The position numbers and the translations under genes were made by a program. From assembly GCA_035221665.1 (NCBI GenBank), contig CM069145.1, positions 32,612,001 through 32,676,000 of the forward strand: a DNA stretch of 64,000 nucleotides, written 5' to 3'. The notes below the pieces were generated by a model. It was not told where the DNA came from. It was given only the letters and a program-made list of their open reading frames with translations, and ran no database searches. The DNA comes from Okamejei kenojei (lineage: Eukaryota). Positions 23,674-36,758 of this stretch are shown piece by piece (position 1 is the first letter of the stretch; every line of letters starts with the position of its first letter).

Positions 23674-24202
23674 AGATGACATTGGGGAGGAAGCTGTTCT
23701 TGAATCTGATGGTCCGTGGTTTCAAGCTTTTGTATGTTGTGCCTGATGGGAGAGGAGAGATGGACTGACCAGGATGTAAATGGTCCATGATTAGCTGCTA
23801 CTTTCCTGAGGCAGTATGTTATAGATGGAGTCTACAGGGGGATGGGAGGGACTGGCTAATGTGTTGGACTGGGCAACATGCACAACTCTTCAATTTATTG
23901 TAGTCTAGGGCAGGCATGGTTCCAAACTAAGCTGTAATGCATCTCGATAGGATGCTTCCTATAGTGCATCTGTAGAAGTTGGTGAGACTGAGAGTTAATG
24001 GACACATTCTAAACTTCCTTAGCCTTCTGAAGAACTGGTGTTTGTGTGCTTTCTTGGCTGTAGCTTCAATGTGGTTGGTTCAGGACTGGTTGTTGGTGAT
24101 ATTTACACCTTAGAACATGAAACTCTTGATTATCCTCTGCACAATGATGCTGACTGAGGCATGTACACCATCTTGTCTCCCGAAGTCAACAACTAATTCT
24201 TT

Positions 24203-24335
24203 TGTGTAGGAAGGAACTGCAGATGCCGGTTTAGACCAAAGATAGACACAAAATGCTGGAGTAACTCAGCGGGACAGGCAGCATCTCTGGAGAGAAGGAA
24301 TGGGTAACATTTCGGATAAGACCCTTCTTCAGACT
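24203..24335 (-). mobile_element. Penelope-like pseudo-LTR with hammerhead motif, nested in the LINE
   Basis: Minus strand CUGAAGA-a-GGGU[cuu]AUCC-GAAAU-GUU (24332-24306). Confidence 0.8.
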
Positions 24336-24869
24336 TTGTTTTGTTTTGTTCCTTTGTTTTGCTGACATTGAGGGAGAGGTCATTGTCGTGCTACTATGTT
24401 ACTAAGCTCTCTATCTCCTTCCTCTATTCTGCCTCATCATTCTTCGAGAACTGGCCCACGTCAGTGGTGTCATCTCAAAGTAGAATTTGGCCACACAGTC
24501 ATGAATGTATAAGGAATATAGTAAGGAGTTTGATCTGCAGCAATGCCATTTACTGGGTTATTTGCACAAAACCTTTTAACATCTTGCATTAATGATAACT
24601 CTGGAGGCTGACAGCTTAATTTGAAAGCTGCTTATATTGCGCAGTGAAGCTTTGACTTGCTTTTCAGCACTTTGATACTACTTAGGTGTGTCTGTGATGG
24701 TCCCACAGGCTGTATGTTATGATGGAAGCTGCAGACCAAGTGTCAGAGACATGAAGAGGCAGAGAAATGCCCGAGTTCAAAGACACTCTCCGACAGAGTC
24801 TATCGTAACCCCCTCCAAGGAACAATGCCCCTCAGGTTATTTTCAAGTTAGAAATACAGAGTCGTTGCG

Positions 24870-25245
24870 CAAAAGAGATTCAGCATGGAAACAGGTCCTT
24901 AAGCCCTGCAAATCCATGCCAAACATTAGCCATTCATATAAACTAATACTAAAATTCAGATATTTTTGTATTCTCCCCACGTTCCTCCCTCCCCCACCTC
25001 CCCCCCCACCCCTCCCCCAACCCTTCCAAATTTACCATTCATCTGCACATACAATGGCAATCTAGAAATGCCAATTAATCTACCAACCTGCATGGTTTTG
25101 AGATATGAGAGAAAACCAGAGCACTCGGAGAAAAGTCATGCACCAAGAACGTGCAAACTCCACACAAACCATGGCAAGGTAAGGTTTGAGCCCGGGGCTC
25201 TGGTGCTCTGAAGTATCGGATCGAGTAACTGTGCCACTGTGCGCT
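24870..25245 (-). mobile_element. Older HE1/V-SINE
   Basis: cagcatggaaacaggtcc tail, gccaattaatctacc, aacgtgcaaactccacacaaac, tttgagcccggg (B-box on minus), ctgtgccactgtgc head. Confidence 0.75.
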
Positions 25246-25935
25246 CTCTGATGTTCTGCAAAAAGTTATTGCCGCCTTGCTCACATGCCTGAATTGCCGT
25301 GGTGTGTGTCACATTCAAGTTCCCATCCTCAGGGTCATTCAATGTAGTGTTATTTATCTCAATTTTCTAAGTACTGTCATTGTGGACTTACCTTCAAGGT
25401 CAGCCCAACAGTGTTCTGAGATTTAGGACCTTCATCAATTACAACTGCTCCCTTAATTTTCAAGTCATATTTAATCAATAAAAACGTATTCATAGTCAGT
25501 GTCAAGTATCCAGGAAGCTCACGTGCTTTTTTCAGTCTGAAATAATCCACTTTTCCTACCATGCTTGAAGATGGCACTGCAGCAATAGCCCCGTCTTGAG
25601 GATAAGGGTGAACCTTTCCATTCCTGCCTTCGGATTCCTGGCTCTGCTCTTGTCAACTCCAGCTGATCATCATTACAATCACAGCACCACCGGAACCTGA
25701 CTAGAGAATGCCAAAGGCCTACTTAAAATAAGATATTGCTGTCTGCACTATAGGGAAACATGTTTTTTGTTCTCCTTTTCCAGAGACAATTTTCCATATT
25801 TTTTCTACATTTCAGATTGTCGCTTCATAATTTCCACTTTTAATTGTTCCCAATTTTTATCTTTGTTAATTGCTCCAATTCCCAGCTAAATGAGTTAGCT
25901 TTCAGATAATATAATTAACATCCTAGAAAAGTCTA

Positions 25936-26837
25936 AAGGGCCTGTCCCACCAGCATGCGACTGCATGCGGCGAGCGCGACCTAACGTGGTCGCTTGAGCC
26001 GTACGGCCTTGTGGGGCCGGTCCCACTTCGATCGCCGGAGCCGTATGGAATTGTGCGGAGCTGGTCCCGACATCACGCGAGGCTCCGATGTCACTTTTTC
26101 AAAAATGATGACACTGTTCAAAAATCCCGCGCGGCAGCGGCGTGTCAGCCCGCAGCCGCATTGAGGACGTACGCATTGTGAAAATCGCAAACCAATGCTA
26201 ATACAAATTATGCCCATATCATTGTCTCCAGAGGGAACTTAAATGTCTGTAAAGTTCATAAATAAAATGGGGAAGTTTGGCTACTTTTCCCCATGTCCCT
26301 GCAGTTTTCATGGGTTGAGCTTGGTAATTTTTGATCCCCTATGTTCTAATAAACTATCAATGTCTTTTTAGACTAATTACTTTCAATACAACAAATTTAT
26401 AGCAGTAATTATGGTTTACATAATGATAATGCATCTTAAATTTCCGTGTGATCGAATTAAGCAGGATCGGGTAAAAAGAATCAAGTAATCTCATAGCCAA
26501 TGTCATTAATAAAATAGAAATGTTAGAGCAGAGTCCAAGGATTTATCTGGCAGAATACTGCTATAAACAAAAATAACTTACTTGGTAAGGGAAATGGTAA
26601 AGCTGTGGAAATCCTAGACAAAGTTCATTGTGGGGAAAGTATTAATGTGCGCCACAGGAACTAAAGCCTGCAACCCCCGTTTATATGAGTAAAAATGATG
26701 TCACGCGCGACCTTCCCGCGGACTTCGCTCGAACTTCACGTCAACTCACTCGGGGATCACTCGACCTCCGCGCGAACCCCGCTTCCGGTTTTGTCGCGCT
26801 AGCCGCATACAGCCGCATGCTGGTGGGACAGGCCCTT
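25936..26837. mobile_element. Non-autonomous TIR element (MITE), PIF/Harbinger-like ends
   Basis: Left aagggcctgtcccaccagcatgcgactgcatgcggcgagcgcgac vs right-end reverse complement aagggcctgtcccaccagcatgcggctgtatgcggctagcgcgac. CpG-rich subtermini, AT-rich interior, TSD not clearly conserved. Confidence 0.88.
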
Positions 26838-29800
26838 GCTCTACATTATTTTCTAATGTCACACTGAATGAATCTAATCATTTCACATTTCATAAATTCC
26901 TGAAGTGCTGCAAAGACTTTCCTTCCATTTCAACTTTGACTTTATACAAAAATGGTCAATCTTCTTAATTGATTCTGGCCCTAGGGTCTTGGCAGCTCAG
27001 TTGAGGTGTTGTGTGAGAAATGGCCTAAAGAGAAGTGCAATATGTACATCACCGGGATTCGCACCTCATTATTTTGTCAACTTGGCAGCAGAATGTAAAG
27101 GAGTTTAGAGGCATTCCAAAACTAACAAAAATTAGGTCACAAAAAACTCTCCATTTAGATAGCCGAGCACATTGCACTAGTTCAGACTTTATCATTTGAC
27201 CTTATTGAAAGTTACAACGATCCAACAACTCCTGTGATGCAGACTTCTACCGTTACGATGTGGGTTCTTGTTCAGCGACAGTTAAGAGGTATCCCAGAGA
27301 TAGAGCAACAGATATTGATGAAACTAGCAAAAAGGCAATCATATTGAAGGAGTTTTAGTTTACAGGAAATTTGGCAGTACAAAGAGTAAGTTCTGCATAA
27401 CATTATACACATTTTACATAATGAGAAATAAAGATTGCAATACACATATACAATTAAGTTATGGGCTAAGATGTCATAAGCAATTGATTATTTGTTGTAA
27501 TCCATTGTGTGATTACAGTCCTCTATATTAAATTGTTTATTTTTAATTTTAAGAGACCAAGCTGAGTTATAATTTTGGATTACCATTAACATAATCACGC
27601 CTCATGTAACAAGTGTAACATTTTTTGATTGAATACCCAAGGTTTTCATCAATCAACTAATATCATATGATTGAAGTGATGAAATGTCTAAAGCATTCTT
27701 CAGAGAAGCATTGAATCATTGTCAATATCTTCAGGATATTTACAATAAACTAAGTATATACATTTCACGTTAATGATGATGAATTATGATAGTTGCACTA
27801 TCACTGCAGCTGCCAAATCCAGGCTAAATAACTCGTCGTATCTGAAGAATAGAGATTTTCAGGTATCATCACTATTCTTTTACTTAGAAGTTCTCTGGAT
27901 AAAAATAACATTTTTTGCAGCATGATGTATCTCAGGTGTAGGTATTTTCTACCAATGTGAATCTCCAGCTTTGTCTTCCCTTACAAATCAAAGCTGCACA
28001 CAACTGTCAAAAGCCAACTCATAAGGACAATAAAATACAAAGACGATTTCTTTAGTCCCCATTCAACAGATAGTATTTCAACATAATCCCTCAGCCCACT
28101 CCAAACGAGGTATTGTACTATTTTAATTATGTTCTATATACATACGCACAATTTGACACACTAAAGAATGCCATATTCTTACAGTACATGGATATTAATG
28201 GTTTTGGTGAATGAGCAGACTTTTGTTAAATTAAAATCAACATATGATCCACTTTCAACCATAAAAAAGGATGGATGAGCATCTTTCCTAAATGGTAATT
28301 AGCTGGAATCTGTAGGGATAGAATAAAACCTGTGTCAACCAATTCATGGGAGTTATATCAATCACTGCTACCAGTACAAACTCCAGAGAAACACGTACAC
28401 TCCTGGGGTCTCATTATAGTGACAATGATGACTGGAATTAAGGTCAAGGGACAACACGAATCTCCCTTTCAAAATATTATCATTGCTCTTCTTTGGATAA
28501 GCGGCTTACAGGCTCAGCCTTAAAAACCTGAAAGCTCAGTCATTAGTGAACATTGACATCATCACCTCAAAGCAGCTGACTTACTATATAGAGAAGTTCA
28601 TAGATACCACCTGCACTGGAATGATGGACATATCCTGGGGTGTGTGGCAGCTACAAGGTCATCTACAGAAACAAGCAGAGGCATTGGCCAGCATTGTAGA
28701 GCCAGCTGCCTCCTTTAGTTCCCAGATGTTGGCAGATTGGTTTGAGGTGTAAGTCCCCAAAGTCTTCATAGGTTATATCACTCTAATTGCAAACCAGCAT
28801 CGAATAACCAATACAAAGCAACAGAAAAATATTTAACATGAACATTTTAGAGGAACTAGATACGCTTTTGTGCTTAAGTATGTTTAATGAATTCTAAGTT
28901 GAGAAAGCAAAACTAAAGGATTAGGAAGAAACTTTCTGAAGTTAAACCCAGAAGGTGGTTAAAGAAACCAGGAAAAATAAATAAATGATAAAATAATTAT
29001 TTGCAAGTAATATCGAAGCCACTGGAGAAATGCAATGTAGTCTAAACCATGACACGTGGCTACGGACAATGGACCATACCTATGACCACCCACTGCACAG
29101 GAACTTCGCACATAAAAGGCCTGAGGGACATTTGCACAGCCTAAAAGCAAACCGATCTACTTAAGTGTGGAGTGATGCATCCATTTATCCAGCCTTGTTG
29201 ATATTGTAGGGATTTTCTCTTTTGGTACCAGGGAATATAGGATTAAAACAGATAAACAGTTTTTGAAATGAAAACTAGGTTCTAAACATATTAGTCATGT
29301 AGAGTGTTGTTGGTAAATGATTTCCAGTTCATAGACATACAATAGTCCATTGCATGGTGAAGTATTTTTGGCACTTTGTTATTGATAATTGAATATAAAA
29401 CAAACATCAGAGGATGGACATTTTTTATTGTTTCTTTCAAAATAATGAAAATTAATTAAAAGGCAAGTCAATTTTACAGCACTAACTATCTATTCTGATT
29501 CCACTACTACTTCAGAGACTCTAAATAAAGGCTTTTGCGCCCAGTCATTATTAGTAATTTGCATATATATATTAGACCAAATTAGTATAATTAATTTCTA
29601 AATTGTCCTTAACATTTTCATGATTACAATCTTCAAGTTTTATAAATATGGGACTTGCAGTTCTGATTTGTTGAAGAATGTCTATTTTCAAATTATCTTG
29701 TATTGGCTAATTAGATGTAATTTGCATTTTTAATTAATATGGTAACTCTTTTAGCATAATTATATTCTCTAAGTTTCACATTTTGATTTAATGAACACAT

Positions 29801-31159
29801 GACAGCTTCTCAAGATGATATTCCTTCTTTTGCCTTTTGTGTTCTCAATCCTGTTAAATAAAGTTTATGAACCAAACCTTTGTGAATTAAAATGATCGTC
29901 ATGAAATGAGCCATGCAAAGATTTTTCCTAGAGAATTTCATGAGTTTCAAGCCTGATGGTTTATCTCCCCTGGTACTTTTGGTAGTATGTGCACAGACAG
30001 CTCCAGAGTTCCACTTTCTTTCAAAGGAAGACCAGAACTCCATAAAGGGTATCCAAACTCAAGCACAGAATTATATTAGTAATTTGATGATTTAGTTCAT
30101 AATCACTCAGCTATTTCATGTATTTTCTGATGTTTGTCATTTAAAATTTCAGAGTTTTTTCCCTGAAACTTGGATTTTAAAGATAAAAATTGTTTGGAGT
30201 GTAAATCCAATGGAATCTCATGTCTAATGTTGAATTTGGATTCAACTCTAGTTTATATTCTGGTTACACTGCTGGGGATTTTACAGCTCTTACAGACACA
30301 TGTATACATGGTTCTTGGAATAAATTGTCATTAGAAGATGAAAGGTCACGTTCTCTTCTGCAAGACAAGAACAAGGTAAAGTAAAGGAAGCCAAAGAAAT
30401 GCAATTAATAAAGGGCTAATTCATCAAAATTTACAGATTATTTCAAAATTCAATATGGAATATGGTTTTGCTCCAAATAATACAGAAAGAAACCCCCCCT
30501 CAAATAACAATGTCCATTTATAGTTTAAAAATTAAACCATATTTTAATATACAGAAGTTCACAAAAACAGTACAAAAAATGATTTCAAAAATTGCACCTC
30601 AAAGAGGTCTCCTTCTTCGACTATGGTGGGTGGGGGAACAGCCCATTCTTTTGTTTGGCTAAAAACTGTTGATCTAGACTGAGATTGGGAGCAAGTTGGC
30701 AGCAGAGAAAAGGTATGGGTGATAATTCTTCTGTTGGTCAAACTCACGTACAATAGATGCAGCAAAGGAGAAGTTACAGAATACATTGTAGCATATAAGT
30801 TCCATTGGCAAAGTCCAATGTCCAGAATGAGTAGAGGTGAATTGGACAGTCACCTAGCTTATTGAATCTGTTGTGGAAATAGTGGATCTGTTTGGTACCT
30901 ATAAGTTGCCCTATTACCATGTGGCTATCTGCATGTGCTCAGAAAGCATTGTATCTTTAGTCAAGTTTAATAAATTGAGAGGAAACCGCACGGCACAGGT
31001 AGTTATCCCTAATGTTTTTATTGAGCCTCGTTTCGCAGTTCATGACACATATTCAGAAGCTCCCTCTTTACCAGGATATGGTATTTCTTCATTATTGTCA
31101 GTGTAGATGTAATTGATAACCCAGTATTTTTTAATACTTTTGTGATTTCACTTGTTTTA

Positions 31160-31745
31160 GAATTATGTAGACATACAGCATGGAAACAGGCCCTTCGGCC
31201 CAACTCGTCCATGATGACCAAGATGCTCCATCTGAGGTTGCCTCATTTGCCTGCTTTTGGCCCATATCTTGCTAAGCCTTTCCTATCCCTGTACCTATCC
31301 ATTTAAACATTTTAAAAAAAATGCTATTGTAGCACATGTCTCAACTTCCATCTTGATAGCTTGTTCCATATATCTATCACTCTCTGAGTGAAAAGTACCA
31401 CTGAGGTTCCAATTAAATCTTGCCTCTCTCAGCTTAATCCTTTGTTCTTGATTCTTATACCCTGGGTAAAAGACTGAATTTGTCATATGTATTCCCCTCA
31501 TTATTTTATACAACTCCACAATATCACCCCCCATCTCCTGCGCTCTAAGGAATAAAGTCCTATCATGCCCAACCGTGGGCCCTCATGTCTTGGCAATTTC
31601 CTTGTAAATCTTCGCTGCACTCTTTACAGCCTAATGAAATCTTTCCTATAGCAGGATGATGAAACTGAACACAGTACTCCAAATACAGTCACTCTAGCAT
31701 CTAATACAACTGTAACATGACATCCCAACTTCCATACTAAATTCC
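31160..31745 (-). mobile_element. CR1/HER1-type LINE 3' fragment
   Basis: Minus peptide GDIVELYKIMRGI (CR1 ORF2 GDLIEVYKIMRG); tail acagcatggaaacaggcccttcggcccaac. Confidence 0.85.
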
Positions 31746-32139
31746 CTGAATCTCAGGTGCTCGTGTTTTTTTTACTTTGTCAAAGTATGAGAAATGGCAT
31801 GTACATGTCCCCTTTTAAATGTATTTAAATTGATTAGTATTGAAATATCAACAAATTGGAACTGCTGCAGGGCTTAAGTTTTGAAGAGTGGAATTGGGAA
31901 TCAGCATCAGTGTATTAATTGAGGAGTGTACTGCAGCACCACCATTGCCGAGACTATGTATTACAAGCATTACTCTTTAGTCATTACTAGTGAACTGCAG
32001 CTGGTACGCTGCCGGTATCCCATTCATCCATGACCCCCTCCACACACACCCAAACCCTGTTGTTTGAGAATCTTTAAAATGCTGACAAATCCTTTATATG
32101 TGAGATGCCACATTAATTCTTCGTCCTTTCCTTCCCGGC

Positions 32140-32525
32140 TACCACTCGCACCCTGGTCATTCTCTCTTCTCCTCTCTTCTCCTCTCTCCTGTCAGAAAGG
32201 TATAAAAGCTGATAAGCGCAGGCCACCAAATTCAAGAACAGCTTATTCCCCTAATTTTATCAGACTCTTGAATAAACCATGCAAATTCTAAGGATGCATT
32301 CTTGAACTTCCAATCTCACTGGTTGCAGCCCTTGTACATTTTTAATCTGCACTTTTTCTGCAGCTGCAAAATTATATTGTGCGTTCTGTTTATTTTCTCT
32401 TTAGCACTAACTGTTGCACTCGTGCATAGTATGATTGCACCCACGTATGGCATCATCTGCCTGGATATCACGCAAAACAATGTTATTCACTTTATCTCAG
32501 TACATGACAATAATAAACCAATATG
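32140..32525 (+). mobile_element. Rex1/Babar-like LINE 3' end
   Basis: HPGHSLFS..RYKS..TKFKNS-type remnant; ends ttcactttatctcagtacatgacaataataaacc. Confidence 0.7.
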
Positions 32526-33340
32526 AATCAATAACAATACAAGAATTGACTGTCCTGCATATAATATATATTGCCAACTAGGACAAAACTGCTACCATCT
32601 ATTCAAACAGGAAAAACTACAGCTGTAGCATTAAATAAGCAGTTTATATTTGCTGTCTCATTGATTTCTACTGATTTACTTGTTGATTGGGAAAATTTAT
32701 ATTCCAATAAAAAATCCTTCCCTTTAGTGCACTTTTCTTTTAGGAGCTTTGTTGAATTTCCTTCATCCCCACTTAGTCAGATTTAAGTTGCAGATGCAAT
32801 TCGGGGCAAGTCTTCACAGTGAAAATAAAACCTTGTCCATCTCTGTATTTAAATTGTATGAGTGTAAAGCCGCCATTTTTGCCTTGTTCCTAATGAAACA
32901 TGAAATATTTCTCAGACCTGTTGCATCAAAGTAGCTCGGTGTAAAGAATATTGATCAAATGAAGTGATCCAAAGTAATATTTGGCTCTGATCAATTCTGC
33001 AAAAATCTGGTATACTCTGAAGAAAACTGAAGGGTTAACTTTGGAAACCCCTATTTTAACCAGCACAACAAGATCAGACCATATAGGAAGTCTTAAAATC
33101 ATTGTTCATCCTGTCACAAAAGTCTTTACTTAACTGTGCCGGCCATTCAGTGATGATTTAAGAGCGGTAAGCGAGTGCCTCGATGACCAACCACAGATGT
33201 CTGACTTTGCCTTTTAGATGCTGTCTATTGTATTGACCACCAGTTGTCTAGAAATAGAGGAGCAGGTCCAGAAAACCTACTTTAAAAAAAATCCTTGTAG
33301 GCAAAGTGAACCCGTAGTTAGGCAGTTATCAATATTTCAT

Positions 33341-33570
33341 GAAACACAAAAAATTGCAGAAGCGCTGGAGGAACACAGTGGGTCAAGTGGCGACTGGGGA
33401 GGCAATGGACCGGTGGAATTTCAGGTTGGGACCCTTCTTCAGACTGTTAGGAGTAGTGGGGGTATGAAAGCTGGAAATGAAAGGTGAGGGTGTGCAAAGT
33501 CTACTAAGTGATGGTTGGATACAGGTGAGTGGGGGGTCGATTGGTAGATGGGTGGAAATGGCAGAAGATT
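33341..33570 (-). mobile_element. Penelope-like 3' region with degenerate hammerhead
   Basis: atttcaggttgggacccttcttcagactg followed by a purine-rich extension. Confidence 0.65.
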
Positions 33571-33791
33571 TTAGGATATACGAATTCAATCCATAGGAAG
33601 GATGAGTGGAAGTAAACTTGAGGAAAGAACTAACATGATGAGAATAATAATGATTATTACAAAATACCATGCAGAAATATACAAAAGTCAGACATCTGCA
33701 ATTACTTTTTATTTACGTCAGGGTACAGCTCAAGGTCATCCAATGTCCCAGAAATTCTGTCTTCATAATTGCTTGTTTTTTCAAAAAAGAA

Positions 33792-33882
33792 CACAAACTA
33801 TTGGAATAACTCAGCAGGTCAGGTAGCTCTGGAGAACATGCATAGTTGACGTTTTGGGCCGAGACCCTTCTTCAGACTGATG
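33792..33882 (-). mobile_element. Penelope-like pseudo-LTR; hammerhead GAAA box mutated to AAAA
   Basis: Minus CTGAAGAAGGGTCTCGGCCCAAAACGTC (33875-33848). Confidence 0.75.
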
Positions 33883-35235
33883 TATGGTGGGTCAAATATT
33901 AGAAGGTTGAATCTACCAATTATCACGAGGGAGGATTTTTGAGGGTTGCTTGTGATCTATTAACTGAAGATCTCCAAATGTTTTAGCTTTTTACACTTTC
34001 TTTATGATTTCTGCTGGAATTTAGCTTTGTCTGAAGGAACATGTTTGAATGCCAATTACAGCACCAAGCTTGTAGGTAATCAAAGCAGAAACACTGACTC
34101 ATTTTCTGTCAGCTGCTTTCATTTACCTTTTCATCTTCATGACGTGCATTTTTTATCATGAAGAAATAATTACTAACTAGATAAAACCTAAATTCTAATG
34201 TTGCTGGGAGAGGACACAACACATGTGCTGACCCAAACCAGGAGAACAAAAGGCCACTTTGCTGGTTACAAGAAGAAAAGCTAATGATGGAAGAGAGATT
34301 TTAGATCATTGGTGACAAGTTTAACCTCCGGATATATGATGGAGTGAACTTTTGACAAGAGAACATTTAGCTGATAATCAAATTAAAGCACCCGAAAAGC
34401 TTTGTGTGGTGCATTAATACAGGTGCCAAAAGAGAACTCCCTAGGGCTATGCTGTAGGCAGAGGTTATAATAAAATAGCATGCTTTTCATACATAGGTGT
34501 GGTTTGCCAATGAAAACAAAAAAAATATTTTGTGAAATATGGTGCTTTTACTGGTATAGACTACTGATCAGAGTACAAGCTCAGGTACATAAGATGGGGA
34601 AGAGAACAAAGTAGTGGTGAAGAGGGAGGTAATTTTTACCTGAGAAATAGGAAGGCAGAAATTAACAATTAGGATACACTTTGTCAAGCCCATTGATGCT
34701 GGAGCCAAGGTTAATGGCAAAAATATAAACTGCCATGTGGTCTATTTAATTGTAGCAAGAGGGTGGCACTGGTTGTAGTAATTTTCATGTGCAGGTTTAC
34801 AAAGGACAACCAGGGATGTGATGTGATTATAATCACGAGTATTCCTTTCAAACAACCAGCAAGCATGTGATGTGTTTGAATGGCCTGCTTCATTGCTGTA
34901 AGGTCCTTTAACTCTCTCTGAATAGAGGGTGAGTTTTTAAGTCTTTAGTTATTTGTACTGTGTGTCAGTCTCCTCACTGTGGGTTTTGTGGTGAAGCTTA
35001 TACCACCTCGAAAATAATTTCAGGCTAGAGAGTAAGATTGTTAATAAAAGCAGAAAATGCTAGAAACACAACATGTGGAAAGATGTGGAAACAGTTAACT
35101 TTTAAAAATAAATTTTGAATACAATTTTCACTTATTTCACTTAGTTAACCCATTTATCACTTTTTTTCAGCCAAATGTTGTTCTATGTTCTGTGTAATGT
35201 TATTTATTGAACTTTCTTTTTTTGTTTGTTAATTA

Positions 35236-36758
35236 CAATGCATTCAGAAAGTATTCTGACCCCTTCACTTTTTCCACATTTTGTTATGTTACAGCCTTAT
35301 TTTAAAATTGATTAAATTCATTTTTTTATCATCAATCTACACACAATACCCCAGAATGAAGAAGTGAAAACAGGTGTTTAGACATTTTTGCAAAGTAATT
35401 AAAAAGAAATAACTGAAATATCACATTTACATAAGTATTCAGACCCTTTGCTATGTCGGCTGCCCTGCCAGCAACGTGTTCGTTATTTCGACTTTGTTTT
35501 TTTAGTGTGTCCAAATGTTTGTTTTAGTGCCTCTCGGTATGTCTTGTGCATGGGGGCGGGGGGGCGGTAAGGGGGAAACCGTTCACCAAAATTGAGCTTA
35601 GGTTCATCTGGTTTCCATTGATTATCCTTGAGATGTTCCTACAACTTGATTGGAGTCCACCAGTGGTAACTTAAATTGATTGGACATTATTTGGAAAGGC
35701 ACACACTTGTCTATATAAGGTCCCACAGTTGACAGTGCATGTCAGAGCAAAAACCAAGCAATGAGAATGAAGGAATTGTCAGACTGCCCAGCCAAACTGA
35801 ACAATCGGGGGAGAAGGGCCTTGGTCAGGAAGGTGACCAAAAACCCGATGGTCACTGACAGAGCTCCAGAGTTCCTCTGTTGAGATGGGAGAACCTTCCA
35901 GAAGGACAACTATATCTGCAGCACTCCACCAATCAGGCCTTCATGGTAGAGTGGCCAGATGGAAGCCATTCCTCAGTAAAAGGCACATGACAGCCTGCTT
36001 GATGTTTGCCAAAAGGCATGAGAAACAAGATTGAATTCTTTGGTCAGAATGCCAAATGTCACGTCTGGAGGAAACCAGGCACAACTCATCACCTGGCCAA
36101 TACCATACCTACGGTGAAGCATGGTGGGAGCATCATGTTGCCACCACCATGCAAAAACCTTGGGATGTTTTTCAGTGGCAGGAACTGGAAGACTAGTCAG
36201 AATTGAGGGAAAGATGAATGGAGCAAAGTACAGAGAGATCCTTGATGAAAACTTGCTCCAGAGCATTCTGGACCTCAGACTGTGGTGGACTTTCACCTTC
36301 CAACAGGGCAATGACCCTAAGCCAGGGCAATGCAGGAGTGGCAAGTCTGTGAATGTCCTTGAGTGGCCCAGCCAGAGCCTGGACTTGAACCCGATCAAAC
36401 ATCTCTGTGCATCGACTCTCCCCATCCAACCTGACAGAGCTTGAGAGGATCTGCATAAAAGAATGGGAGAAATTACCCAAATAAAGGTGTGTCAAACGTC
36501 ATACCCAAGAAGACTTGAGGCTGTCAAAGGTGCCTCACCAAAGTACTGAGTAAAGGGTCTGAATACTTATGTAAATGTAATATTTCAGTTATTTATTTTT
36601 AATTACTTTGCAAAAATGTATAAATACCTGTTTTCGCTTTTTCATTACGGGATATTGTGTGTAGATTAATGATAAAAAAATGAATTCAATCCATTTTAGA
36701 ATAAGGCTGTAACGTAAAATGTGGAAATAAGGTGTCTGAATACTTTCTGCATTCACTG
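35236..36758 (+). mobile_element. Tc1-family DNA transposon (IR/DR type), full borders, inactive DD34E transposase
   Basis: TA|caatgcattcagaaagtattctgacccc ... gtctgaatactttctgcattcactg|TA; ~210-bp TIRs with inner direct repeat aagtattcagaccc. Frameshifted peptides PTVKHGGSIM, GKMNGAKYREILDENLL, FQQGNDPK, LEWPSQSLDLNPIKHL. Confidence 0.96.
35454..35587 (+). mobile_element. 5' fragment of the CpG-rich retroposon nested just inside the left Tc1 TIR
   Basis: cgttatttcgactttg..gtgtccaaatgtttg..ggggaaaccg closely matches 39523-39620. Confidence 0.8.

Larger units (their letters stand above)
23250..24530 (-). mobile_element. Rex1/Babar-like LINE 3' portion, interrupted by two insertions
   Basis: Minus peptide LPSGTTYKSLKPRTIRFKNSFLP matches the fish Rex/Babar ORF2 C-terminus (LPSGRRY...RT.RLKNSFFP); tail ggtacatgtgacaa at ~23265-23280. 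Confidence 0.75.

Noticed and set aside
25391-25697. Possible minus-strand exon ending in a perfect AAG|GTAAGT donor
   Set aside because: Weak acceptor, an in-frame stop upstream and an unrecognisable peptide; an isolated donor match is expected by chance in 64 kb.
27225-27360. Peptide CDADFYRYDVGSC resembling a laminin-EGF fragment
   Set aside because: Stops immediately upstream, no good acceptor and an incomplete cysteine pattern.
35973-36495. Tc1 ORFs as an active transposase
   Set aside because: Multiple frameshifts and deletions, and the catalytic D/E positions are substituted.
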